Below are positions 46,682 to 56,593 of a DNA stretch of 64,000 nucleotides, one piece after another (position 1 is the first letter of the stretch; every line of letters starts with the position of its first letter). Source of the stretch: Clostridia bacterium. Lineage in GTDB: Bacteria; Bacillota; Clostridia; TANB77; CAG-508. Both the position numbers and the translations under genes were made by a program. The stretch covers positions 35,831-99,830 of the forward strand of contig JAFTJF010000011.1 in assembly GCA_017456555.1 (NCBI GenBank). The letters are read 5' to 3'. The notes under the pieces were generated by a model. The model worked only from the letters and a program-made list of their open reading frames with translations. It did not search any database and was not told where the DNA came from.

Positions 46682-46697
46682 CTAAAGAGGTGAGAAA

Positions 46698-48986
46698 ATG
46701 AATGTTTTAGAAGTTAAAAATTTAAGTAAAAAATTTGAAAATATAGAAGTAATAAAAGATGTATCTTTTTCTGTAAAAGAAGGCGAAACATTAGTAATAT
46801 TAGGACCTTCTGGGAGTGGAAAATCTACACTTTTAAGATGCATAAACAATTTAGAAAAAATAGATTCAGGAAATATTATTATAAACGAAAAAGAAATGAT
46901 TAAAGAATATAAAAATAATAAACTAGTTTACAATGATAAAGAAATTTTGAACAAAATAAATTTAGACACAGGAATGGTATTTCAAGATTTTAATTTATTT
47001 CCACATTTATCAGTTAAAGAAAATATAACAATAAGTTTGATAAATGTTTTGAAAATGTCAAAAGAAGAGGCAAATAAAAAAGCTGATGAAGTCCTTGAAA
47101 AAATGGATTTAAAAGAAAAAGAAAATTCTTATCCGTGTGATTTATCAGGTGGACAAAAACAAAGAGTTTCTATTGCAAGAGTTTTAGCAATAAATCCTAA
47201 AATTATTTGTATGGATGAACCAACTAGTGCTCTTGATCCAGAACTTGTTGGTGAAGTCTTGAAAACTATAAAACAATTATCTAAGGAAAATAGAACAATG
47301 ATAATAGTAACTCACGAAATTAAATTTGCAGAAGAAGTTGCTGATAGAGTTATATTCATGGATGGTGGGATTATTGTGGAAGAAGGTAAACCTGAAGAGG
47401 TTATAAAAAGACCGCAAAAGCCAAGAACAAAAGAGTTTTTGAAAAGATATATTAATTTTGAGGTGAATGATTTGAAAGAATTAGATATAGAAGAAAACGA
47501 ACCAAGAGAGGTAATTGAATTTTTTAAAGAAATAAGTGATATTCCAAGAGAATCTGGAAATGAAGAAAGGATAAGAGATTATCTAGTAAATTTTGCAAAA
47601 GAAAGAAATTTAGAATATTACACAGATAAATATTTTAATGTAATTATTAGAAAAGAAGCTTCAGAAGGATTTGAAAATGAAGAAATTCTAGGATTTCAAG
47701 CTCATACAGATATGATTTGTGAAAAAATAGAAGGAAGTACACATGATTTTTCAAAAGATCCAATCAAATTATATCAAGACGGTGATTTTATAACAGCTAA
47801 TGGAACTACTTTAGGTGCGGATAACGGAATTGGTGTTGCATATATGCTTGCAATTTTAGATTCAAATAAAATCAAAGGTCCTAAAATAGAATGTATATTT
47901 ACAACTCAAGAAGAAACAACAATGATTGGCGCTAAAGAAATTGATGAATCTCAAATTAAATGTAGAAAAATGATTTCCTTAGATAATGGAAAACAAGGAA
48001 AAATGGTTATAAGCTCTGCAAATTGTATGGAATGGTTTGGTGAAATTAAAACAGAAAAAATAGATTTACTAGAAAATGATTTGACTTTATTTGAGCTTAC
48101 TTATTCTAATTTTATTGGTGGACACTCTGGTGGAAATATTGGTGATATAAAAAGAGGAAATCCTATTAAACTTGGAATTGAAGTTATAGAGAATATTGAT
48201 GAAATTTATATTCAAAGTTTAGAAGGTGGAAGCAGAGTAAATGTAATTCCAAGAGACTTTAAAATTTGTTTTTGGGCTAGAGAAAATGAATATGGAAAAA
48301 TGAAAGAAAAAGTAAATAAGCAAATTAGATTTTATGGCGAAGATGTTAATATAAAATTAAATAGGAGTGATATAAAACTAGGAAGAGAAAATAATGAGAA
48401 AGATATAGAAAATGAGCTATATGAAAATAATGATATAAACATAAAAGAAAATAATAAACAAAAAGAAATTAGAAAAGTTTATAGTAAAAATATAACTAAA
48501 AAAATAATTAATTTTGTAAATTCATTTGTAAATGGTGCAATCGAATATGATGATAACAATAATGTTGTTTTATCAGCAAATTTTGCAGCAGCAAAATGCT
48601 TAGAAAATTCTGTTAGATTTGAATATTCTTTAAGAGCAAATAATTTAAAATTGAGAGATAAATATTTAGAAAATTTGAGAAAAATTGAAAAAGAAAATGA
48701 TATAAAAATATCTTGGGAACAAGAATTAAAAGGTATTGAGCCAGATTTTGAAAATGAATTAGTAAAAAAATGTTCAATAATATATAAAGAAATTTTTGAT
48801 GAGGAAATGGAATTAAAAATTTCACAAGGTGTTGTTGAAGGTGGATTTTTTAAATACAAAATTGAAGATTTAGAATATGTATGTATTGGACCAAATACTT
48901 TTGATGTTCACAGTCCAAAAGAAAGAGTTTCTATAAAATCTATGCAAGTAACATGGGAATATATTAAAAAAATCATATTTTCTTAG
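46698..48986 (+). CDS. Amino-acid ABC transporter ATP-binding protein continuous with an aminoacyl-histidine (Xaa-His) dipeptidase PepD (M20C) in one 762-codon ORF
   Basis: N-terminus: GPSGSGKST, LSGGQKQRVSIAR, MDEPTSALD. C-terminus: FQAHTDMI, HDFSKDPI, GTTLGADNGIG, GGHSGG, GPNTFDVHSPKERV. No in-frame stop at the junction. A possible internal start TTG 47472 follows GAGGTG. Confidence 0.85.
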   Translation: MNVLEVKNLSKKFENIEVIKDVSFSVKEGETLVILGPSGSGKSTLLRCINNLEKIDSGNIIINEKEMIKEYKNNKLVYNDKEILNKINLDTGMVFQDFNLFPHLSVKENITISLINVLKMSKEEANKKADEVLEKMDLKEKENSYPCDLSGGQKQRVSIARVLAINPKIICMDEPTSALDPELVGEVLKTIKQLSKENRTMIIVTHEIKFAEEVADRVIFMDGGIIVEEGKPEEVIKRPQKPRTKEFLKRYINFEVNDLKELDIEENEPREVIEFFKEISDIPRESGNEERIRDYLVNFAKERNLEYYTDKYFNVIIRKEASEGFENEEILGFQAHTDMICEKIEGSTHDFSKDPIKLYQDGDFITANGTTLGADNGIGVAYMLAILDSNKIKGPKIECIFTTQEETTMIGAKEIDESQIKCRKMISLDNGKQGKMVISSANCMEWFGEIKTEKIDLLENDLTLFELTYSNFIGGHSGGNIGDIKRGNPIKLGIEVIENIDEIYIQSLEGGSRVNVIPRDFKICFWARENEYGKMKEKVNKQIRFYGEDVNIKLNRSDIKLGRENNEKDIENELYENNDINIKENNKQKEIRKVYSKNITKKIINFVNSFVNGAIEYDDNNNVVLSANFAAAKCLENSVRFEYSLRANNLKLRDKYLENLRKIEKENDIKISWEQELKGIEPDFENELVKKCSIIYKEIFDEEMELKISQGVVEGGFFKYKIEDLEYVCIGPNTFDVHSPKERVSIKSMQVTWEYIKKIIFS

Positions 48987-49064
48987 AAAAAAGCAGTTTA
49001 CAATAATGTTTTTTTGGTGTATAATTACTTAGTCAAAATATAATAAAAAGGGGCGTTTGATACT

Positions 49065-50567
49065 ATGAACGAAAATGAAAATAATGAAATAATTCAAACA
49101 GAAGAGGATATTAACAGATTAATGCAAATTAGAATTGATAAATTAAAAGAACTTCAAGCAGCTGGAAAAGATCCTTTTGAAATCACAAAATATGACAGAA
49201 CAGAACAATCAATGGATATAAAAAATAACTACGAAACATATGAAGGAAAAGATGTTTCAGTAGCTGGTAGAATTATGGCAAAAAGAATCATGGGAAAAGC
49301 ATCTTTTGTTACAATTCAAGATAGTCAGGGAAAAATTCAAAGTTATGTTAGTATAAATGATTTAGGAGAAGAAAGTTATAAAGCTTTCAAAACATATGAT
49401 ATAGGAGATATCATTGGAATTAAAGGATTTGTTTTCAAAACAAAAACTGAAGAAATTTCTATCCATGCTAAAGAAGTTGTACTTTTAACAAAATCATTAA
49501 GAGATTTACCAGAAAAATTCCATGGATTAAAAGATATAGATTTACGTTATAGACAAAGATATGTAGATTTAATTGTAAATCCAGAAGTTAAAGAAACATT
49601 CCTTTTAAGAAGCAAAATTTTAAAAGAAATCAAAAATTATTTAGATAACGAAGGATACTTAGAAGTAGATACACCAATATTAAACACAATTGCTGGTGGA
49701 GCTACAGCTAGACCATTTATCACACATCACAATACATTAGATTTAGATATGTATCTAAGAATTGCTAACGAATTATATTTAAAAAGATTAATAGTTGGTG
49801 GGTTTGATAGAGTATATGAAATGGGAAGAATGTTCAGAAATGAAGGAATGGACATTAAACATAACCCAGAATATACAGGAATAGAATTTTATGCATCATA
49901 CCAAGATTATAATGATATGATGAACTTATCAGAAAATATGATAAGAACAGTAGCTCAAAAATGTTTAGGAACAGCAAAAATTAATTATCAAGGATTAGAT
50001 ATTGATTTAGAATCTCCATGGAGAAGAGTTCCTATGATAACAGCTATTAAAGAAGTTACAGGAATTGACTTTAATGAAATCAACACAGATGAAGAAGCTA
50101 TCGCTATAGCAAAAGAAAAACATGTTGAAGTTGATGAATCAAAACAAAATAGAGGATATATTATAAATGCATTCTTTGAAGAATTTGTTGAAGAAACATT
50201 AATTCAACCAACATTCATTTGTGATTATCCAGTTGAAGTTTCACCATTAACAAAAAGAAAACCATCAGATAAGAGATTAGTTGAAAGATTTGAGTTATTT
50301 ATTGGTGGACGTGAATATGGAAATGCTTATTCAGAATTAAATGATCCAATCGATCAAAGAGAAAGATTTGTTGAACAATTAAGACAAAAAGAAGCTGGAG
50401 ATGAAGAAGCTAATGATATGGATGAAGACTTCTGTATGGCTATTGAATATGGTATGCCTCCAACAGGTGGAATGGGAATTGGAATTGACAGATTAGTTAT
50501 GTTATTAACAGATTCTGCATCAATTAGAGATGTAATTTTATTCCCAACAATGAAACCATTAAACTAA
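49065..50567 (+). CDS. lysS: Lysine--tRNA ligase (class II)
   Basis: OB domain and class II motifs ([28 protein letters not shown]). Confidence 0.95.
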   Translation: MNENENNEIIQTEEDINRLMQIRIDKLKELQAAGKDPFEITKYDRTEQSMDIKNNYETYEGKDVSVAGRIMAKRIMGKASFVTIQDSQGKIQSYVSINDLGEESYKAFKTYDIGDIIGIKGFVFKTKTEEISIHAKEVVLLTKSLRDLPEKFHGLKDIDLRYRQRYVDLIVNPEVKETFLLRSKILKEIKNYLDNEGYLEVDTPILNTIAGGATARPFITHHNTLDLDMYLRIANELYLKRLIVGGFDRVYEMGRMFRNEGMDIKHNPEYTGIEFYASYQDYNDMMNLSENMIRTVAQKCLGTAKINYQGLDIDLESPWRRVPMITAIKEVTGIDFNEINTDEEAIAIAKEKHVEVDESKQNRGYIINAFFEEFVEETLIQPTFICDYPVEVSPLTKRKPSDKRLVERFELFIGGREYGNAYSELNDPIDQRERFVEQLRQKEAGDEEANDMDEDFCMAIEYGMPPTGGMGIGIDRLVMLLTDSASIRDVILFPTMKPLN

Positions 50568-50719
50568 TAAGATAAATAAAAAGAGAGTATGAAAAATACT
50601 TTCTTTTTTTGTATAAAATATGAGGAATTTCATTGAAAAATAAAAGAAATATTGGTATAATATGTGAGTATATTTTTAAAAATTGAGAATAATTAGAAAA
50701 GAACTAAGGAGGAAAATGA

Positions 50720-51466
50720 ATGTTTTTTGGATATAATGGTGTGAATCAAAAAGTTATAAATACATTACTTATTATTTTAGTAGTAATATCTTTTGCAAGT
50801 ATGAGTTCAGGAGAATGGTTATATTTACTTTTAACTTTACCTGCAGTAATAATAGCAATTACTTTTCATGAATTTGCACATGCTTTTGCAGCAGACAGAT
50901 TAGGAGATACTACACCAAGAAATCAAGGAAGATTAACGCTAAATCCTATTTCACATTTAGACTTTTTTGGATTTATATTAATGATGTTTGCACATATTGG
51001 ATGGGGAAAACCAGTACAAATTAATCCAAGTAATTTTAATTCAAATAAATCAAGAGGATTTTGTGAAGCAATGGTTTCTTTAGCAGGACCATTAATGAAT
51101 TTCTTTTTAGCAATAGTGTGTTGTTTTGCTTATTCAATAATATATGAATTAACAGGTGGAACATATATGAATTCAACTATTGGAGCAATTGGAATGTCAT
51201 TATTATCTATGTTAATAACTGTAAATATAGGATTAGGAGTATTTAATTTACTTCCATTACCTCCATTAGATGGTGAAAAAATATTTAGAAATATATTACC
51301 ATACAAAGCTCAAGCGTGGCTTACTGAAAATTATCAAACTTTATATATGGTATTTATGATTTTATGGATATTTGGATTTTTAGAAGTTATAGTTGCACCA
51401 GTAATTGATTTTGTTTCAAATGTTATTTTTGTGGGTGTAGACTTTTTAGTTAATTTATTTATATAA
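50720..51466 (+). CDS. Site-2 protease family (M50) membrane metalloprotease
   Basis: HEFAHAF motif inside a TM helix, and [10 protein letters not shown]. Confidence 0.85.
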   Translation: MFFGYNGVNQKVINTLLIILVVISFASMSSGEWLYLLLTLPAVIIAITFHEFAHAFAADRLGDTTPRNQGRLTLNPISHLDFFGFILMMFAHIGWGKPVQINPSNFNSNKSRGFCEAMVSLAGPLMNFFLAIVCCFAYSIIYELTGGTYMNSTIGAIGMSLLSMLITVNIGLGVFNLLPLPPLDGEKIFRNILPYKAQAWLTENYQTLYMVFMILWIFGFLEVIVAPVIDFVSNVIFVGVDFLVNLFI

Positions 51467-51482
51467 AAATAAGGAGAAAAAA

Positions 51483-52478
51483 TTGAAAGATATTTTAGTA
51501 ATGGGAATTGAATCAAGTTGTGATGAAACTTCTGTATCTATTGTAAAAAATGGAAGAGAGGTTTTATCAAATTGCATAAATTCCCAAATAAAAATACATG
51601 AAGAATATGGTGGAGTAGTTCCAGAGATTGCATCTAGATGTCATACAGAAGTAATAAATGGAATAATGAAACAAGCTTTAAAAGAAGCAAATGTAACTTT
51701 AGACGATATAGATGCAATTGCAGTAACACAGGGGCCAGGTTTAGTTGGAGCTTTGCTTGTAGGCGTATCATATGCCAAAGGCTTAAGTTATGTAACAGGA
51801 AAACCATTAATTGCAGTAAATCATATAGAAGGTCATATTGCAGGAAATTATTTAACTCATAAAGATTTAAAACCACCTTTTATTTGTTTGATTATATCTG
51901 GTGGACATACTCATTTAGTAAATGTAAAATCTTATAATGAATTTGAGATTTTAGGAAAAACTAGAGATGACGCTATTGGAGAAGCTTTTGATAAAGTTGC
52001 AAGAGTAGTTGGACTTGGCTATCCAGGTGGCCCAAAAGTTGATAATTTAGCAAAACAAGGAAAACCAACAATAAAACTTCCAGTGACACATTTTGATAAT
52101 TTAGATTTTAGCTTTAGTGGAATAAAAACTGCTGTAATAAATTTAAATCATAAAGATCCAAATATTGATAAAGCTGATTTATGTGCAAGTTTTCAATGTG
52201 CTGTGACTGAAATGTTAACATCAAATGTGAAAAAAGCGATTAAAGAATTCTCATCAAATAAAATAGTAATTGCTGGTGGTGTTTCAAGAAATAGTTTTAT
52301 AAGAAGTTCTTTTGATAATTTAGCAAAAGAATTAAACATAAAAGTATATTATCCAGAACCGGTACTTTGTACAGACAATGCGGCAATGATTGCTGCTGCT
52401 GGATATTATAATTACATAAATGAGGAAAGAGCAGATATGAGACTAAATGCAATTCCAAATTTAAAAATAGGAGAATAA
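51483..52478 (+). CDS. tsaD: tRNA N6-adenosine threonylcarbamoyltransferase TsaD
   Basis: [25 protein letters not shown] start after AAGGAGA. Confidence 0.95.
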   Translation: MKDILVMGIESSCDETSVSIVKNGREVLSNCINSQIKIHEEYGGVVPEIASRCHTEVINGIMKQALKEANVTLDDIDAIAVTQGPGLVGALLVGVSYAKGLSYVTGKPLIAVNHIEGHIAGNYLTHKDLKPPFICLIISGGHTHLVNVKSYNEFEILGKTRDDAIGEAFDKVARVVGLGYPGGPKVDNLAKQGKPTIKLPVTHFDNLDFSFSGIKTAVINLNHKDPNIDKADLCASFQCAVTEMLTSNVKKAIKEFSSNKIVIAGGVSRNSFIRSSFDNLAKELNIKVYYPEPVLCTDNAAMIAAAGYYNYINEERADMRLNAIPNLKIGE

Positions 52479-52490
52479 AGGAGAGTACAA

Positions 52491-52871
52491 ATGATATATG
52501 TGGTTTTTGTAGTAACTTGTGCGGTTATTGGTATAGCAGTTTTATATATAGCACATTCAAATAGTAAAAATGTTAATACAGCATTTGATGAAGTTGATTC
52601 ACAACAAATTATTAAAGAAATAGAAAAATTAGATGATATTAGTAATGGAATTGATAGTTCAAAGAAAATCATGGTTCCAGATAATGTGGATATAAATGAT
52701 TCAACTTTAAAATCAACTCAAGATATGGACTGTAAACAATATACAGTTTCTACTAATAATAAAATAACAAAAACAGTAATTGCAACAGAAAATAAAAATG
52801 ATAATGATTTAAAGGATGCAATAATAAGCGAAGAAGATAATGATGATGACGACCCAATAAAAAACATATAA
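52491..52871 (+). CDS. Small membrane-anchored hypothetical protein with an acidic tail
   Basis: RBS AAAGGAGAG and an N-terminal TM. Low-complexity C-terminus. Confidence 0.5.
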   Translation: MIYVVFVVTCAVIGIAVLYIAHSNSKNVNTAFDEVDSQQIIKEIEKLDDISNGIDSSKKIMVPDNVDINDSTLKSTQDMDCKQYTVSTNNKITKTVIATENKNDNDLKDAIISEEDNDDDDPIKNI

Positions 52872-52911
52872 TATATATGATCCTATTAGAAGATTATAAA
52901 GGAGAAAATAG

Positions 52912-53616
52912 ATGTCAATATATGTGATAGGCGATTTACACTTATCATTTTCAGTGGATAAACCAATGGATATATTTGGTAATAACTGGGAAAATCATGC
53001 TGAAAAGATAAGAGAAAATTGGATAAAACAAGTAAAAGAAGATGATACTGTCATATTACCAGGAGATTTTTCTTGGGCTACATATTTGGAAGAAACATAT
53101 AAAGATTTTGAATTTTTATGTAGTCTTCCGGGGAAAAAAATATTATCAAAAGGAAATCATGATTATTGGTGGACTACATTAACTAGTATGAGAAAATATT
53201 TGAAAGAAAATAATTTTTTAAATATAGATTTTCTTTATAATAATTCTTTTTTAGTAGAAGACAAAATAATAGTAGGAACCAGAGGTTGGGTAAATACTTG
53301 GAAGTCACAAGAAAATTATAAAATATTAAAAAGAGAAAATGACAGATTAAAACTTTCTATAAATAGTGGAAAAAAACAATTTGGTGAGGATAGAGAAATG
53401 ATAGCATTTATTCATTATCCACCATTTTATAAAGAAGCAATAATTCCAGAAGAAATAAATTTTATACAAACACTAAAAGCTAATAATATTTCAAAATGTT
53501 TTTATGCTCATCTACATGGTGAATCACATAAAGATGCAATAGAAGGAAATATAGGTGGAATAGATTATAAATTAATAAGTTCAGATTATTTAAAATTTGA
53601 TTTATTAAAAATATAA
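52912..53616 (+). CDS. Metallophosphoesterase (calcineurin-like phosphoesterase family)
   Basis: GDLHL, GDFSW, GNHDYWW and HYPP blocks. Confidence 0.8.
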   Translation: MSIYVIGDLHLSFSVDKPMDIFGNNWENHAEKIRENWIKQVKEDDTVILPGDFSWATYLEETYKDFEFLCSLPGKKILSKGNHDYWWTTLTSMRKYLKENNFLNIDFLYNNSFLVEDKIIVGTRGWVNTWKSQENYKILKRENDRLKLSINSGKKQFGEDREMIAFIHYPPFYKEAIIPEEINFIQTLKANNISKCFYAHLHGESHKDAIEGNIGGIDYKLISSDYLKFDLLKI

Positions 53617-53654
53617 ATTCAGATAATTATGAAATAAATGGATTAGGAGTAAAT

Positions 53655-55469
53655 ATGCAAGACAAACAAAAAAAGATTAGAAATTTTAGCATAATTGCAC
53701 ATATAGATCACGGAAAATCAACGCTTGCTGATAGAATTATTGAAATGACTGGTGCATTATCACAAAGAGAAATGGAATCTCAAGTTCTAGATAATATGGA
53801 CATTGAGAAAGAAAGAGGAATCACTATAAAATCACAAGCAGTAAAAATGAATTATACTGCCAAAAATGGTGAAACATATGAATTTAATTTAATAGATACT
53901 CCTGGACATGTTGACTTTAATTATGAAGTATCAAGAAGTTTAGCAGCTTGTGAAGGAGCGATTTTAGTTGTTGATAGTACACAAGGCGTTGAAGCCCAAA
54001 CTTTAGCAAATGTATATCTTGCTTTAGATGGTAATTTGGAAATATTACCTGTAATAAATAAAGTTGATTTACCAAACGCAAGACCAGATGAAGTAAAAAA
54101 TGAAATCGAAGATATTATAGGAATTCCTGCACAAGATGCCCCATGTATTTCAGCAAAGACTGGATTAAATGTGGAAGAAGTACTAGAAAGAATTGTGACA
54201 GATATACCAGCACCACAAGGAGATTCTGAAAGTGAACTACAAGCATTAATTTTTGATTCATATTATGATAATTATAAAGGTGCTTTAAGTTATGTAAGAA
54301 TAAAAAATGGAACTGTAAAAGCAAATGATGAAATATTATTTATGGCTACTGGAAAGGTATTTACAGTAACTGAAGTTGGTTATTTTGGTGCTGGATCTTA
54401 TGTGCCTACTGATAAATTGGTAGCTGGTGAAGTTGGTTATATAGCAGCAAGCGTAAAAACAGTTTCAGATTTAAATGTTGGTGATACAATTACATTAAAA
54501 TCAAGACCAGCAAAAGAACCATTACCAGGATATAAAGAAGCTAACTCAATGGTTTATTGTGGAATGTATCCATTAGATGGTAGTGAATATGAACCATTAA
54601 AAGAAGCTTTAGAAAAATTAAAATTAAATGATGCAGCTTTAAATTATGAACCTGAAACATCAGCTGCTTTAGGGTTTGGATTCAGATGTGGATTTTTAGG
54701 ATTGCTTCATTTAGAAATAGTAATAGAAAGATTAGAAAGAGAATTTGATATTGGATTAATTACAACTGCTCCATCAGTTATTTATCAAGTTCATAAAACA
54801 GGTGGAGAAGTAATTGAACTTTATAATCCTACAGAATTACCACCACAAACTGAAATAAGTTATATGGAAGAACCAATAATGAAAGCTGAAATAATGATTC
54901 CTAAAGAATTTGTTGGAAATGTTATGAAAGTTTGTCAAGAAAGAAGGGGTGTCTATATAGATATGAAATATTTAGATGCTAACAGAGTAACTCTTGAATA
55001 TGAACTTCCATTAAATGAAATAATTTATGATTTTTTTGATACAATAAAATCAAAAACTAAAGGATATGCTTCAGTTGATTATGAATTTAAAGAAAATAGA
55101 AGAGCAGATTTAGTAAAACTAGATTTACATATAAACAATGAAGCAGTAGATGCACTTTCTTTTATTGTTCATAAAGCCTCTGCTTATGAAAGAGGAAGAA
55201 AAATGGCAGAGAAATTAAAGAAAGTAATTCCAAGACAATTATTTGAAATTCCAATTCAAGCTGTGGTTGGTGGAAAAATAATTGCAAGAGAAACTTTATC
55301 TGCTATGAGAAAAGACGTTTTAGCAAAATGCTATGGTGGAGATATCACAAGAAAGAAAAAACTTCTTGAAAAACAAAAGAAAGGTAAAAAGAAAATGCGT
55401 CAAATTGGTAATGTTGAAGTACCACAAGAAGCATTTTTAGCAGTTCTAAAATTAGATGATGAAGAATAA
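53655..55469 (+). CDS. lepA: Elongation factor 4 (LepA)
   Basis: [27 protein letters not shown], and the LepA C-terminal domain. Confidence 0.96.
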   Translation: MQDKQKKIRNFSIIAHIDHGKSTLADRIIEMTGALSQREMESQVLDNMDIEKERGITIKSQAVKMNYTAKNGETYEFNLIDTPGHVDFNYEVSRSLAACEGAILVVDSTQGVEAQTLANVYLALDGNLEILPVINKVDLPNARPDEVKNEIEDIIGIPAQDAPCISAKTGLNVEEVLERIVTDIPAPQGDSESELQALIFDSYYDNYKGALSYVRIKNGTVKANDEILFMATGKVFTVTEVGYFGAGSYVPTDKLVAGEVGYIAASVKTVSDLNVGDTITLKSRPAKEPLPGYKEANSMVYCGMYPLDGSEYEPLKEALEKLKLNDAALNYEPETSAALGFGFRCGFLGLLHLEIVIERLEREFDIGLITTAPSVIYQVHKTGGEVIELYNPTELPPQTEISYMEEPIMKAEIMIPKEFVGNVMKVCQERRGVYIDMKYLDANRVTLEYELPLNEIIYDFFDTIKSKTKGYASVDYEFKENRRADLVKLDLHINNEAVDALSFIVHKASAYERGRKMAEKLKKVIPRQLFEIPIQAVVGGKIIARETLSAMRKDVLAKCYGGDITRKKKLLEKQKKGKKKMRQIGNVEVPQEAFLAVLKLDDEE

Positions 55470-55544
55470 ATAAAATTATTGAAAATAATAATATAATGTG
55501 TATAATAAAAATATAGTATTAAGATTGGGAAAGAGGATTATAAA

Positions 55545-56549
55545 ATGAGAGAAAGCTATAGAGATAAAAGAAATAGACAAGCAAGAATAGCTCAAGAGAA
55601 AATGGAAGCATACGAAGAAAGAAGAAAAGGACAAAGAAGAAAAAAAGATAGAAGACAAGATGAAAGACGTAGCGGAGAAGACAGAAGAGTAGCTGAAAGA
55701 AGAGCAACTCCAAGAAATGGTTTTGATAGAAGAATAGGAGAAAGAAGAGCAGATACAGATAGAAGATTTGTAGAGAGAAGATCTGGTGAAGATAGAAGAC
55801 AAAATGATGAACCTAGCGAATATGAAGATATTGTTGCAGGAAGAAATGCTGTTTTAGAATTATTAAAATCAGATAAAGATATTAATAAAATTTATGTTGA
55901 ACGTGGTGAAAGACATGGTTCAATAAATGAAATTATAGCAAGAGCAAGAGAAGAAAGAATTGTTTTAGTAGAAGTAGATTCTGAAAAATTAAATTCTATG
56001 GCTGAAAATCATCAAGGTGTTGTTGCAGTTGTTCCACCATTTAATTACTGTGATGTTGATGAAATATTAGAAATTGCAAAAAATAAAAACGAAGATCCTT
56101 TTATAATTATATTAGATGGAATAGAAGACCCACATAATTTCGGATCAATAATTAGAACTGCTGAAACAGCAGGCGTTCATGGAATAATAATTCCAAAAAG
56201 AAGGAATGTAGCAGTAAATAGCACAGTAGCAAAAGTTTCAACAGGAGCTACAGCATATGTTAAAATTGCAAGAGTAAATAATTTAAATGAAACAATTAGA
56301 AAATTAAAAGAGTCAGGTCTTTGGGTAATTGGAACAGATGGAGATGCAGATACGCTATATTATAATCAAGATTTAAAAGGACCTTTAGCTATAATAATTG
56401 GAAGTGAAGGTTTTGGAATGAGTAAATTAGTAAAAGAAAATGCAGATATATTAATAAAAATTCCAATGAAAGGTCAAATAACATCATTAAATGCATCTGT
56501 TTCAGCTGGAATTGTAATTTATGAAGCGGTAAAACAAAGAGGAAATTAA
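55545..56549 (+). CDS. rlmB: SpoU/TrmH-family 23S rRNA 2'-O-methyltransferase (RlmB-like) with an N-terminal Arg/Glu/Asp-rich extension of about 90 aa
   Basis: SpoU substrate-binding region (GRNAVLELL) and methylase motifs (LDGIEDPHNFGSIIRTAE, IGSEGFGM, IPMKGQITSLNASVSAGI). The N-terminus has repeated (D/E)RR units. Confidence 0.88.
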   Translation: MRESYRDKRNRQARIAQEKMEAYEERRKGQRRKKDRRQDERRSGEDRRVAERRATPRNGFDRRIGERRADTDRRFVERRSGEDRRQNDEPSEYEDIVAGRNAVLELLKSDKDINKIYVERGERHGSINEIIARAREERIVLVEVDSEKLNSMAENHQGVVAVVPPFNYCDVDEILEIAKNKNEDPFIIILDGIEDPHNFGSIIRTAETAGVHGIIIPKRRNVAVNSTVAKVSTGATAYVKIARVNNLNETIRKLKESGLWVIGTDGDADTLYYNQDLKGPLAIIIGSEGFGMSKLVKENADILIKIPMKGQITSLNASVSAGIVIYEAVKQRGN

Positions 56550-56593
56550 TAAATATAAAAAAAGAAACTCCACTTTTTAGTGGAGTTTCTTTT

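Noticed and set aside
55476-55802. Minus-strand ORFs (108 aa and 64 aa) rich in Ser, Phe and Leu.
   Set aside because: They are antisense readings of the GAA/AGA-rich repeat that encodes the RlmB N-terminal extension.
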